A DNA stretch of 63,512 bases, filler included, from Sphacelaria rigidula (Eukaryota): NCBI GenBank assembly GCA_964200075.2. It is 6 parts of 6 records of this genome, joined end to end, with 100 filler letters (N's around TTAATTAATTAA, not from the genome) between each part and the next. Parts side by side here need not be neighbours in the genome. Positions count along the whole stretch, not along the records: positions 10,604 to 21,105 come from CAXNAA020006378.1; positions 21,206 to 31,707 come from CAXNAA020006379.1; 4 more parts are not named here. One strand, 5' to 3'. This document shows, in pieces, positions 13,708-27,100 of the stretch. Every line of letters begins with the position of its first letter. The first letter of the stretch is position 1. Under the pieces are notes generated by a model that saw only the letters and a program-made list of their open reading frames with translations, made no database searches and was not told where the DNA came from. The position numbers and the translations under genes are program-made.

Positions 13708-14255
13708 GAGCCACGACGACGAACGGTCAAGATGACTCTACGAAAACTCAAGATGACGCTACGAAAACTCAAGATGACTCTACCGTCGACCCTGTCGCAA
13801 CGCAAGCTGCGTCATCGCATTCCACCGCGGAGACTTCCGTGGGTGACACTGCTGGAACTAGCTCCGTCGGAAACACCGGGGTTGAACCAGGCCTCGGGAT
13901 GCAGTCACGTGATGCAATGCCTCAAGAGCAAGAGGCTACCACGGGGGGGGACGATGTGAAAGCGGTCACCCCATCTTCAGCCCACCACTCAGCTCTTGAT
14001 CCCGACCAAGAGAAACCTCAACGGGAAACGGCCGGCGGCTCGAAAGCTGTTCTATCATCAGATGGGCCGGCACCTCCCCCATTTTTTGTTGTCGGGAAGG
14101 ACTCCAACGTGAAGGCCACTGAAACGGCGCCGACGATGCGAGCGAACGACGACGTACAAGCTTCAGAAGTGCATGAAGCTGCACAGATTCAAGGGGTGGG
14201 AAACGTCGGAGAATCGATCGCAAAGCAGGCCGGATGTAAATGCGTCCTGATGTAG
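13708..14255 (+). CDS. Probable terminal exon of a disordered Thr/Asp/Ala-rich protein with a C-terminal CaaX box (…GCKCVLM*)
   Basis: ~182 open codons after a CAG acceptor; in-frame 21-nt repeats (QDDSTKT); ends CVLM-stop. Confidence 0.7.
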
Positions 14256-16110
14256 CCGCACCTTAACATCGCGGAGGTTGGTGGCGGCCGCGGCCGCATG
14301 TTGTTCGCAATATGATGGAGCCTGCAGCCCAAACCGTGACTATTTTGTGTTGAAAGGGTGAAGATCTTCAGGCGGGATGGGGTGTATACACTGCGGACTC
14401 GACCGCGGCTTGGAAGGAGAACTCGACGGAACAGGAGAATGTACAGTCGAAGCTGAAATTTTGGTTGCCCGTTTGACGGGTGTACAGTAAATAGAGAAAT
14501 TTCGGGGTTTTCCGGGCAAGCACTTCGCGGCCATACATTGATGCTTCGGGCTACATATGGTGTAAGTCTTGCTCATACATATCTTTATAGGCGACAGAGC
14601 CGTGACGCACGACTCGACTTGCGTGCAAAAAGTGAGTTCAAGTAAGTTGATGACACTCCAATCATGTCTACACTAGATCTGAGATCAAGTTGTACTTTCT
14701 ACCGCGTTTCAGAATGAACATTTAGACTTCGGGACTGTGCGCAGTATTCAGTTGCAGCTACAAACAATAAACTGAAGTAAATATGGTGATGAAAGGGGAA
14801 TATCAAGATATACTGTGGGGATTGCCAACCTGAATACGTTCAATAGAAGCTCGATCGCTTGTCATTTTTTTTTATCTTTTTTTGATGTAGAAGATAGCAT
14901 TCCACATTACGTGGTCCAGCCCACGCGCTGATCGTTTTTTTTTTTTTTCTCGTATCGAGACAGAGCATTGTTTACGATAAGTTGCTAGTCGCGACGCGGT
15001 TACGACGCAACGAGTAGAACGCGATAGCCAATACTGATACTGGCTTCGACATCTTTGCTCCGTGTGTTCATTTTTCACAATTCGCGGCGTGTCGGAGCGC
15101 ATTTGGCCATCTGCCAGCTGTCGAAGAGGGTTCTGGCGAACTCGACGTCGTGAAGTTAGGATTGAAAATACTTTGTTTCTGTGAAGCTCCAAGACTAAAC
15201 CCTAGCACAAACCCGAAAGGAAGGCAGACAGAGGTCTCTCGAGCGGGGCGGCGACGTAGGGTGCCCTCGGTAACGTGTGCACTGGCAAAGCTAAAGTTGG
15301 CGGCACCACACGCCACCCTTTTGAGTCATTGCGCATGCTGCGCGAGCTGGGCGAGCCCCTGCGACTGTGTCTGACCCCCGTGAAGATCCGAAATTATGGT
15401 CGTACTCACGTCGAGTATATTTTAACCATAGATTTTGCGTGGCGGAGTTTGCGAGGGGATTGCTATGTTTTGTGAGTATGATTTGTGCATACGTAAGGGT
15501 TTTTGGAGCTTTGTACGCTCAGCCAGCACTTATTTCGTTCAACGCGAAATTTCATTGTGCCCACCTGAATTTTTTCCTCGCGTAAATAAATGTGCTTTTC
15601 CCGCCATTTCTTTTTTCCGCTCTCTCTTTCGACCCATCTCTCTGCGGGGAATGCTTTTATGATAGATAGCTCTCCGATCTTTGAGGGCTGTCTTCGGTGT
15701 TGTCGTTCATGTTGTAGTCAATATTTTCGCGTCAGGTGTTTCGTGGGTGTCTGTGTTTCCCCCCCGAGTTTCCGTCTCTTTTTCAGTACCTATTCGTCTT
15801 CCGTTGGGGTTGCCTCATGATCTCCGTGTCGGTCGGAATGTGTTTGTGTGTGTATGTATGCGTGTGTGTGTTTCCATCTCGTTTTCGTGTGGGATATTCG
15901 TTCACCTACGGGGTGTTTTGTGGCCTCTGTGAAGAGGGCACCTTTCCGTTTTTCTGGGACCCTGTGCACGGAGTATTTACTCTTTTTTGCTGCAAACGAA
16001 ATTTCGTTATGATCGTATCATTGTTTTCCGCATAGGTTTTGTTTTACACCCCCCTTGTTCGAAGCCTTCTTTTAGCACACCTTCCCGTGGAGGATGTTGT
16101 TCGCTTTCAA

Positions 16111-16532
16111 CACGGGATTTCACAAATTGGGGATGGATTATTTATTGGGGATGAGAACCCGGAAAATTAAAATCTTCGTATCCACACCAAATCTTCGAAA
16201 CATGGTTCCACCTCTTCACTTGCTGGTAGCTATTGACAACCACTACACGACATACAAATTCAAATTTCGATAATCGAAAAGTCGAGATCCTAAGTGAAAA
16301 ACCAATTTCGGGGATTTTAGGTGTCCGATCGGACGCCAAAATTGGTTCTTCACCTAGTACGTCGATATTTCGGTTATCGAAATCCAAATTTGTATGGCGT
16401 GTAGTAGTTGTCAATAGCTACCAGCAAGTGAAGAAATAGAAGCATCGAAGATTCGGTGTGGATACGAGCATTTCAATTCGCCGGGTTCTCATCCCCAATA
16501 CAACATCCATCCCCAATTTGTAAAATCCCATG
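16111..16532. mobile_element. Foldback MITE family A, copy 1
   Basis: Nearly the whole ~420 bp is an inverted repeat (CACGGGATTTCACAAATTGGGGATGGAT ... ATCCATCCCCAATTTGTAAAATCCCATG). Confidence 0.9.
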
Positions 16533-17440
16533 TTTTTTTGTTCCTGCATGGAGGGCTGTTTTCGTTTTTCTCGCGCGTGTCGCGGTTACGTTTCTGTGTT
16601 ACGAGTAGTTCTTTATTGCGTGTTCAAACATCATTTTTGCGAAATTGAGGGTGTAGCTTCTGATTGAGAGTCAGCTTTGAAAAGAAAGACCGTATGTATT
16701 GAGTGTTCCTATTTATTAGCCGATGAAAGGCTGACATTGCTGAATGTCAGGTGTAGCGATACCGATTCAACGAAACACCCCTCCTATCGGTCAAACGGTT
16801 AATTCGAATTACGTTGCGGAACACCTACAGTATTTAGATCAAAAGTCGTTACGAGCTGGGCAAGCCAACAATAGGTGGTTTTCTCGCTCAGGCGACGCAC
16901 GGCGCGATATTAGGAGTTGGACGCTGGAATTTGACAGAAGCTTTTTATCATCGGAATACAGAAGATCACGTGACCAGCAAAGAAAAAAGTTATGGGCATT
17001 TGAAATTTCAGCGAAAACAAGATACTGCTAAGTCCAGGAAAAAAAGGAGAATCTTCAGCTGGTCACGTGAAGTATTATTTCCTTGGGTGCAGAAGGTCTT
17101 CCTGAAATTTCAGCTCAAGAGTCGTCGAATAGGGCCGCGCGTGCAACATTTTCCGTGACGCTGCTGCACTCCTATCAATCAAGTGATGGGAGACTCTAAT
17201 TATGGAGGTCATGAGTTCGAATCCCGACATACTCTTTTGTTTTTCGTCCGTCGTTAAGGTCATACATTATGCAGTACATTTTTTTCATTTTTTGTTTTTT
17301 GAGCGGCGGTGTCGTGTGTAACCAGGTTGGTCTACACTTCACAGTGATATGCTTACATCGGGTTCATTCGGGAAACTGGGAAAGCTGTGGTGTGAGCAAC
17401 TTCAAGCCGCTTTAAGCTGGCCCAGCTCGCAGCTGTGTGT

Positions 17441-17741
17441 AACGATGTATTCGTGCGATTGAGAGTGGAGTAAACGATTGAGAGTGAATCAGCGGCCAAT
17501 TAGTGAATGAATCGTTTCAGATCCGAAATGCCCCTCCACGAGGCCCAACATACTTTCTGTAGTACCTTACCACTGAAGCCCTCGGTATCCCTGAGAAGGA
17601 TATCGATGTGTAGCTGTGAGCACACGCGAGAGATGGAGGTTGAGAAAAGCACACACGGCATGAAAAATTGGCTAGGTTAAAGCGAAGGATCAAAGCCACT
17701 CTCAATCAGCGCTCTACTCTCAATCTCACAAAGACGTTGTT
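17441..17741. mobile_element. MITE family B (GATTGAGAGT TIR motifs), copy 1
   Basis: Inverted GATTGAGAGT / ACTCTCAATC ends; homologous to 19987-20302 and 21029-21105. Confidence 0.8.
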
Positions 17742-17850
17742 GTGTGTGTGTTGTCATCCCATCTATTCTGGGAGCCGGTCTACACATTTCGGTATATGTA
17801 GGCGCACCAGCCGGGGTCACACAGGAGGAAGGTCAACACGGGAGCTTTTT
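17742..17850 (-). mobile_element. SINE family 1, 3' fragment
   Basis: (TG)n-TTGTCATCCC...CAGCCGGGGTCACACAGGAGG shared with the other copies. Confidence 0.85.
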
Positions 17851-18900
17851 ATGTGTGTACGAGTAATAATCAGGAATGATCGGTTTTGTTGAACTAACAT
17901 GAACCATTTTGGGACCGGACTCCGATAAACATGTGGTTTACACGCGGGGCCCTTTTTGTGAATCAGAATCATTTTAACTTGGGAACAACTGAAAATGATG
18001 CCGATTCACAAAAAAGCCCCTACGTGCAAACCACATGTTTCTGGGAGTCCGGTCACCAAAGGCTCACGAGGTACGAGCTGGGCCAGCCTAAAAACGGATT
18101 TAAGCTCCTAAAGCAATATCTCATCGACACAGACGAGTTGGGCCGTGATCCGCATATCGTATTAATCGTCTAATCAAGGGGAAGGTGCCCATCTGCTCAA
18201 AAATCTGCGTAAGTATTTTCTCGTTGATTAAACGTCATGTCTTCTAGTAATTCCTATACCGCACGGAGATGGCATCCACATTAAAATCTTTGTGAAACCC
18301 CGAACGATACATTCAGCGGATGGCGGCGATTTCTGGTGTGGACTTTCCCTGGAGTACGGGAGGACGATATATATCTTCACCCTCATCTAATAATTCGCAA
18401 TCCATCTCGAGATATGGGGCACAAAAGTTTCCATACTGAGATCAATATATCACGAGCAGAGTCACTAGATGCACTAAATCTGGATATTATCGCGTCTCAG
18501 TTTTTGAGAGTTGTGCTATGAAATTTCGTACGGAGAACCGCTAGTGCATGATAAAATAAACGAAACAGCTTTTTACTTTTTCAGTTTTTTTTTCGTTTTT
18601 TTTTTTTAGTGGAGTTTTGAGGAGAAATGAACCTTGCTCTTGGGCCTCATCTCAACCAGAAACACGAAGGTGTACCGAAAAAAAATGGGCATTCAATTTT
18701 TTTTCATAGAGGTTGAGGCGTTCTCGTGAAAAAATGGTCTTCACCATACTCGAACGCCCTAAACAAAAGAAGAGGAAAAATCAACTTGACCTACTGAGTT
18801 TGTCAACTGTACCCTAGCGAGGACCCAGACAAAATTTCAATACACAAAAATGTGCGAGATACTGTTCCGAATTTCTACCGACCCGGTTTTGAAAAGGCGA

Positions 18901-19150
18901 ATGCGCTGGCCAATATTTAGAGTTGGAGCGTAAAATTTGGTATGGACAATGCATGGGGCATATCAAATAATTACGAATGTACCAGTTTGTTTTTCATGAG
19001 TCAAGGGCAATAACCAGTTTTCAGGTATCATCAGTAAAATGCTTTTAACTCATGAAAAAAAAACTTTTGGTACACTCGTGTTTTTTTTTATGCCCTATGC
19101 ATTGTTCATACCGAAATTTACGCTCCAATTCTAAATATTGGCCGGCGCAT
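18901..19150. mobile_element. Foldback element, ~250 bp
   Basis: ATGCGCTGGCCAATATTTAGAGTTGGAGCGTAAA ... TTTACGCTCCAATTCTAAATATTGGCCGGCGCAT. Confidence 0.8.
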
Positions 19151-19427
19151 GGGCCTGCAAACTTCAAATCCGCCTCAAGGCTGGCGCAGCACGTGAAATA
19201 AATGGGAATGAGGATACCAACCATTAGAAACGTTCCTCTCGGTAACGCGCCGCTGTACATTGGGCAGGCTATGGTTGCAGGTCGCACATAATGACATGCG
19301 TCCAAAAAACTTTATTCCGATTGATACCTTGAATGTGAGCGTAGGGTTTTGAAACCCATCGCGATTTCAAAGAATCGTATGTCGGCGTCTGCTTGCTTTC
19401 GGTTATAATATCTCTAACAGCTAACAA

Positions 19428-19845
19428 CACGGAATCTTACAAATTGGGGATGGATGTTTTATTGGGGATAAAAACCCGGAGGATTAAAACCTTCGTTTAA
19501 TCTTCGAAGTATACTTCCATTTCTTCACTTGCTGGTAGCTTTTGACAACTACTACACACCATAAAATTTGGATTTCGATAACCGAAATATAGTGGTCCTA
19601 GGTGAAAAACCAATTTTGACGTCTGATCGGACACCTAAAATCCCCCAAAATTGGTTTTTCACCTAGGACCCCGATATTTTGGTTATCGAAATCCAAATTT
19701 GTACGGCGTGTAGTAGTTGTCAATGGCTACCAGCAAGTGAAGAAGTGGAAGCATACTTCGAAGATTTGGTGTGGATACGAAGATTTTAATACTCCGGGTT
19801 TTCATCCCCAATAAAACATCCTTCCCCAATTTGTCAAACCCCGTG
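19428..19845. mobile_element. Foldback MITE family A, copy 2
   Basis: Same palindromic sequence as 16111-16532. Confidence 0.9.
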
Positions 19846-19986
19846 TTCAACTCTTCGGAGTATCAGTGTCAACCTGTGACCGTAGGGGTTAGTGGTCAGG
19901 GTCACGCAGCAATGACCCAACTGAAAATGATGTCGATTCCACAAACGATGATCGAAAGAGCGGACTCTCAATCAGAACCCACGCTC

Positions 19987-20302
19987 AACAACGTTTTCGT
20001 GGTGAGAGATTGAGAGTCTATAATAGGATACGATTGGGAGTGAGAAGTGGTCATAAATAATGAATGGAATAGTTTTCGTTCCGAAATGCCCCTCCGGGCC
20101 TTACATGTGCGTTCTATAGTAGCTTGCCACTGAAGCTTTTGATATCCCTGAGAAAGATATCGACGTGTAGCTGTAAGCACACGACGGTGCGTTACAGGCA
20201 AAGAAAAGCACGCAAAAAATGAAAATTTGGTCAAGTTGGAGGGAACAATAAAGGACTCCATTTCAATCAGCGCTAGACTCTCAATCTCGCGAAAACATTG
20301 TT
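19987..20302. mobile_element. MITE family B, copy 2
   Basis: Same TIR motifs and internal sequence (TCCGAAATGCCCCTCC, ATCCCTGAGAA) as 17441-17741. Confidence 0.8.
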
Positions 20303-21028
20303 GTTGTTGGCAGCGGTCCTTAGAATCCAAAACAAAAAGTCGAGGTAGGTTTCACCATGATGAAAACATTCGCCGCGTTGCATGAAGAGTCAGCAAAGTA
20401 CGCTCACTTCAGAACCGGACAAAACGAAAAATAACACAAAGGGTACGAAAGGAAGCTCACAGATTTCCCGTAATCTGAAATGTGGGCGCAATCACAGCGC
20501 ACAGCGACCTTCAATGACAAGACACGAAGAGAGTACGACAGACGACCATGCCAGCGTTGTTGAGCTTCCAGTTCGTTCGCCGCGGGAAAAACATGGGATT
20601 TTACAAACTGAGGATGAATCTTGGGAACCATCATGAGCATCGAAATAGTTTCGAAATGTGAATGCAAATGAACTCTTTCGCCGTGATGTGTGGCCTCGTT
20701 CTTCGATCCTCAACAGAACTCATCTGCAAGTTTATGAAATTCCCGTGTTTAGGCCAACTCTAATGAGAGCCTTTCAAAATTCCTGTCGAAAACTGCCTTT
20801 TGGGCCCTTCTCCGTCGATTTACGCCCGAAAAGAGGGCTAGGCGGATGTTGACGCCTTGGAATGACTTGCTCTACTCGTTGAGACCGTTCCAGGGTAACT
20901 TTGCTTTTCCCGCTGGCCGCAGTTTTGTTTTTGACCAAACCAGGTCAAACACGGGTTTTGAGACTGCTGCCGAGATAGCCCCCCCCCCAAACCGGCCAAA
21001 AACGTGCACGGAGGCGATGATCATAACC

Positions 21029-21105
21029 AACAGTGTTTTCGTGAGATTCAGAGTAGATGATACGATTGAGAGTGAAGAGCGGTCAATCAGTGAATGAATC
21101 GTTTC
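21029..21105. mobile_element. MITE family B, copy 3 (cut by contig end)
   Basis: ACGATTGAGAGTGAA...AGTGAATGAATCGTTTC as in copy 1. Confidence 0.75.
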
Positions 21106-21205
21106 NNNNNNNNNNNNNNNNNNNNNNNNNNNNNNNNNNNNNNNNNNNNTTAATTAATTAANNNNNNNNNNNNNNNNNNNNNNNNNNNNNNNNNNNNNNN
21201 NNNNN
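21106..21205. other. Artificial contig spacer
   Basis: N-TTAATTAATTAA-N, 100 bp. Confidence 0.98.
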
Positions 21206-21270
21206 ATCCCTTGAGACCACGGACTCATCCCGAGGAAGGGGAAGTGTTCAAAGTGTGGGGAGAAAAAGAG
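21206..21270 (+). mobile_element. SINE family 2, 3' end (contig start)
   Basis: TGAGACCACGGACTCATCCCGAGGAAGGGGA shared with ~52497-52530. Confidence 0.75.
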
Positions 21271-23325
21271 AAAATCACCATAATGGTTACCACAAAAAAA
21301 CGTAAGCGCGCAATACCCCCCCGGTAACGTGGTTACCTGGCTCACGCAGTGAGGGGTGTATATCACAGTATTGTTGCCAACCGACGCCAACCCTTTACGA
21401 GGTGGTTCACGCTTATCACCCAAACCTGTGTCATCAGCGAATGGCTTCCGCAATACGCACCCAGTAGTCGCATACGTGTAATCATACTTGCCGCAATCAA
21501 CAGACGAATAGGGTGACATAACCGGATTTTTGTTCAAGGCCGTAGAGGTGGCGCTACGGACGAAAATATGTCTCGACGAATCAGCGCCCGTCAAATCTTT
21601 CAAGAATGAGCAGGCATGTACAAAACGGGAATGAAGAAAACAGTTCCGCCGTCTTTTGTTTTAGATTCTGCAGCGGGACGATCGTTCGTTCTGCATTGTA
21701 GAGGTGTTTTGAGCTGCTGCGTACCTGTGCGCACTTGCACACACGGGCGTGGTAGGCAGTCAGAACCCGCGCATGAGCTTACTACAAGCTATAGACGACG
21801 ATGTATCCACTCCAAAGCGCAAAGTGACATTTATGGGGGCGGTGCAGGACAACAAAAAATAAGCGTTGGGAACTGAAGTGCACGTACCACGCGCGAACAC
21901 ACGGCGTCGGTACAAGAAGAGACACCTCGTACAAGTACGAGACGCAGGTAGATGCGCTCGCGGGCGCAGATAACTGGACGGAAGAGCTGAAGAAGCCGAG
22001 GAGGACGAGCTTCTCTCCTGCAAACGGTGAGTGCACTGTTGTGGACAACTTGCGGTACACAGTTTGCGGTGTAATACTGTACAGTGACAGCAGCAGTAGA
22101 CTGCACGAGTACACACGGCACAGTGGATTGCGATCCCTGCCGTACAGTAGTACACAGGAGGCTACTGGCGCTGCAGAATCCGCAGATATGTAAATGTGCA
22201 AGTACAGCTAGCGTATTTTGCTCCACCCGTGTTGTGCACAAGCTGCTGTCGACTGCTACCAATACAGGATATATAAGTGGGAGCATAAGTGCTGCGCGAT
22301 GCCATGCACCGTCGATGACGGTGTATAACACCCCCACGATTTCAAATCTTGTTCGCTTCTTTACCGAGAGCATCCCAATACCACAAGATGCGTTATTGGA
22401 AAGCTCTCTGTAATATCATCCTATCGTCGCCCTTGTCAACAGTGGCGCTGCCTTGGTAGTGCAGCAATGCACTTTGAAATCAGTACAGTACACGTCTTGT
22501 ATAGTACACAGAAGACAACATATGTTGCACATTTTGCAGAGACGAAAGTGCCCAAGTACAGCAACCATGTCCTTGTACGCACACTGCTGCACGCCCGCTA
22601 ACATTTTTTTTTCTCTACTTGTGCCGCGCGCACAGTGCTCTGGATGTAACCGAAACATGAAATACGTGTTCTATCACAAGTACAACGGAATACAAAAAAC
22701 TGTGGGTGACGATATATATACACCCCACGGGTTCAAAGATAGATGAATCCGCTACCAAGAACGCCCCGTTCCGAACCCGATGCTTTGTGGAAAAGCTATC
22801 CAGAAGACCTGTTGAATGCCACCCTTTTCGGCCGTGGCACTCTGTAGTCGAGCAATCGAGCGTGGGAATCGGAATTGTTTGACACTACCACGTGCGGTTG
22901 CTTGTGCGCCGTCGTACGTGCAATGTCAGTACTTTACGATGATCTGGATTGTGCCTTCCGCTGCGGGCGCGTAACAAACACGTGATCCTTTGTGTTGTGA
23001 TGCACGCGTTACGAACTGCAGTAATTCCCGCACACTGATCTCGTGTACGAAGACTGACGTGTAGCAGCCATTGCGTTCCTCAAACAAGACGTGCGTTCCC
23101 TGCTGTACAAACGTGTACTGAAGAGTTGTTCGTGCGCTCGGATCTCTCGTGCGTTTCACCACATAATTTTCATGTCCCAACCCAAGTTACGAGACTTCTC
23201 GGACCTGTGCAGTAACGAAGAAGGTAGCCCGTGAGAGGGCGCTGGGAGGACTACGGCAGCGTGCCAAGGATCTGACGCAGAGTAGGTAGGCTGCGATACG
23301 CCGGGCTCGCCCTAGGTGTACTTCT

Positions 23326-26220
23326 GTGGAAAAAAAAAGGGCGCCCCCCGATCGAAGACATCGCTTTCGCAGGGGGTATATGGAAAGACGGGTAAAACCG
23401 CTGGAGAAGGGTGCTGAAGAAGAAGACGAACAGGCGGCTACGATATTCTCCACGATCAGCAGGGTCCTGGCGGTACAACCGGTGGAGCGTCAAGAACAGC
23501 CGCCGTCTCCGCCGAACACAGCCGCACACGACATCAACGTGCCGCACCCTCCCGAAATACTCGCCGCAAAGCTCGCGGCGGACGCATTGGATCGCGCTTC
23601 GGCCTCCGCCATTGAAGCAGATGCTGCCTGCAAAAGCGCCGTGGAAGACAAAAGGGAAGTTTGCGCGGTGTAGGCCACGTATCAGTGATTAGCAGCGGAC
23701 GCTGAGCCATATTTTGCTATGCCGCGCACTGATAATACCACTACCCACCCGAAGGTTGTGGCCGCAACGACGGTGCAAGTGGAGTGGGAACACGCAGCCA
23801 CCAATGCCAAGATAACGTGATGTCGTAAAGGTCGCCGAGAATGCAGCAGACACACACCAGAACGCAGCCCGCGCCGCGGTTGCGACATTTGAAAAAGAGT
23901 CCGGGAAAAAACTTTATATGCCAGGGGATGGCGACTGTGCCGCCCAAGTGAGGGCGGCTGCCAACGCCGCCCTCGCGGCACACGAAGCGAGGAAGACGGC
24001 CATCAACGACTGCTCAGCCCACCAGGTCGGCCGTGTGGACAAACAGGCCGGCACTACGATGAAGGTGCTGGAGGCCCTAGCGCGGCGACACAGAGATGAG
24101 GTGGACGTGGCGAGGAAACCGTTGGCTGCTGCCGACTTGTTGGGAGGCGCAGAGGGCAACGAAGCAATAGGGAGGGGGCTGGAGGGAACGAAGAGGGTGC
24201 GGGGAGCGTATTCCATGCCGGCGATCGCTTCTGATGCAGCACGCCGTCAGGAGAGCATCACTGCCGAGACGGTACTCGCTTGGTACAACTAATTCAACAA
24301 ACTAGGGTACTTCGAGTTGGATGAGAGAGGCGCAGGGCGCAAGGAGTGGATTCTCACCGAGGACGACCTCTTGCACATGTTGCTGACGCACTTGAAATCA
24401 GAGAAGCGCTTGACCGTGTCGAAGATCGTCGACTACGTTAACACCAAGCTTCTCACTAAAACACACACCAGCATGGACGCTACAAAGACGAAGGACGTGG
24501 ACGGCATCGTAACGCCCGTTTCGCGAGGCTGGGTGAACTCGTCGATAAAGCGTGCAGATTGTGTGTATGACAGCGCGACTCAGACGAACTACACCGACGG
24601 TCACAACAAACCCGACGTTGTAGCTGACCGGTTGGTGCATCTGGCAGAACTATAGCGACTTTCATCGCGGCAGCCGGTGTGGGTGCGGATACCCCTCGCC
24701 GATGTGCCCGAGGATGCTCTTAAGTCCATCGAGAATGACGGCCTGCCCTGCAATGTATACAAGTACAAGCGCGAGGGCCAGGATATCATCGAATTTCACG
24801 TAGATCGGCTTGGACGGAAGGCTGAAGGGAACGGGAAGGAAATGTCGGCTGCCGACGGTGCGTTCGATATTGTGCGTGCAAAACCGGAGAACGGCGGAAA
24901 CTTCAGTGTACGTTTCAAGACGGAGGCGGAAAGTCCGTACCTTGCGCACCACGTGGCGTGTGCAAATGCCATTTGCTTGCATGGCATATGGGGCAGGATG
25001 GGTGCATCTTTGAAGCGTATCTCCGAGAGGGCAAGGAGTGGGTCATCGCCGGTGTGCGTAGGGTGAGGAATAAAACCGATGGTCCAGGCATGACGGTCTC
25101 GGCTTTTCAGGATGGGATTCAAGAATTTGTGTTTGAGATGACAGGGGACGGGCTGGCGCGTGTGAACGCTTTCCGCTCAACCCAGGATTGCGGCGCCCTC
25201 AAGCAGACCCCAGGGACTAGGTTTTCGGCGCACGAAAATAACAAGGAGGACTACAGGAACTACGACACGTTTGCGGAGCATTGCGTTGACGTGATGGACT
25301 GCTTCGAGGTGTTGTACCCGGACTGGTAGGTGGTAATCGAGGTGGACCACTCTAGCCGGCATGCCAAGTATCGGGAGGGTGGCTTGCACGTTGGCAACAT
25401 GAACGTCAAGTGGGGCGGGGTAAAAGTGTCGAGTATGCGCAGTACAAAGATGACGGCAAGCTACTTGCGGCCGGAGCCGGTGACCATGTCGGGGAGGGGG
25501 AAGGAAGTGGACTGCAAGCTCAAACCGGGCGACCTCCAGCACGCCACCTTCCAGGTTGAAGACTCACCGCCGTTTTATGACCCCACGGCACCGGCGGAGA
25601 GTGCGAAGAAAGGCCGTAAAGTACGAGTGTGTGCTGTGGCGAAGGGCGGGAGGATGACGCGCGAAACGCTGGATGAACCCATCATCGGATACGAGGGCAA
25701 GCCGAAGCGAATTCGCCAGATACTGTGGGAGAGGGGATTGAGGAAAGATGGCATGACGGCTTCGGCGGACCTTATCAGTGGCAAGAACATCTTTACCGTC
25801 CTGGGGGACTGCCCAGGTTTGAAAGAGGAGAGGACTGCGCTGCAGCACGTAGTCGAGGGTCGCGGGCATTTACTGATCACGTCACCGAAATGCCACCCGG
25901 AGTTGGCAGGGGTTGGCATCGAGTACTCCTGGGGAAAGGGGAAGCTAGAGTTTCGCTGTAGGATCCACGACGAGGAGAGAACATGCTCAAGGCGCTGGAC
26001 ACGGGGACGATTCTCACTCTAGGCCGAATTGAAAGGTTTGCGCGGCGTACGAGGGAATACCGCCGTAACTATGCATTACTCGGCGGGGCTGACGTAGAGG
26101 AGTTGAAGCAGAAGCACGGTGGGCAGAGGGATTCAAGCTCATTGAGGAGATGGTGACATTTTGCAAGGCGCACCAAAATATCGTGAACATGGAAGTAATA
26201 TATCTCCGGGAAATTAAATG
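23326..26220 (+). pseudogene. Decayed IS630/Tc1/mariner-like DDE transposase
   Basis: Collinear ORF pieces broken by stops and frameshifts, carrying YTDGHNKPDVVADR, GQDGCIF, GPGMTVSAF, EVDHSSRH, NMNVKWGG, GKPKRIRQILWERGL, RGHLLITSPKCHPEL..IEYSWG. Confidence 0.8.
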
Positions 26221-27100
26221 AATACGCACTGGCTGTGGAGGTGACGTGCGCAAGGGGTTAATAATGCTACATCCTGTAAGTTGCACTTTCGTGTTTTAGG
26301 GGGCGTAAAGTGTGGTGTTTTGTTGCTGTTGTACGAAGCTGTTATCGCTCCATACATGTTTTCTGGACATGAAGGACCGCGCATGGCGTTGTGCTGTGCA
26401 AGGAATATTTGTACAAAATGCATCTGCGGTCTTCCGAACAGCTTTGGTATTTGTCGATGAAGTGCCTGGGGCTGTTGCGCTGGCCCTCGGGTGGTGACGA
26501 TGTCACTTCCCTTTTGTCCTCTTTTTTCTTCTTCTTTTTCTCCCTTGTACTCTGTTCACTTTGTCAGTAGGTCTGGATTTTTTTTTTTCACCCGATGCAC
26601 TCTGAGTAAGCTATTTATCATATGTTTTCTTGGTGTCTCTCTTCGTAATTATATTTGGTGTTGTTTTGTTTGTTTGTTTAGTTCATATTATTTTATCTCG
26701 AGTCTGCAGATGAACGATGAGAACCCCATGTCTCGTGAGGAATAGCAGGGGCGGTACTGGAAAGATGAGCCTACGTCGGTCACCATGGGTTCGAGAGATC
26801 TCACTAATGTATGCAAACGATGATGCATGAATAAATATCAATTCGTCCGATATGCCCAACGCTCATAACGCTTAACGTTTTCGGCAGTTGATGCCAAACG
26901 GTGATCGATACGGAGGTAGAGCCCTGCGCCGTGTGACCGCAGGAAAGTAACAATTCACCTTCTTACGGGGGGAAGGGGGGTAGGACAAATGCACGCGATC
27001 CCGCCCTATGTAGTCTCCCACCATAACTCGCTGACAGAGAGCTTCCACGGATTCACGACAGCAGTGTTTGCTCAAGGAAGCGCATCCCCGTTGTATTGAT

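Noticed and set aside
16142-16439. Mirror-image ORFs (MTTTTRHTN...) on both strands
   Set aside because: A by-product of the palindromic MITE
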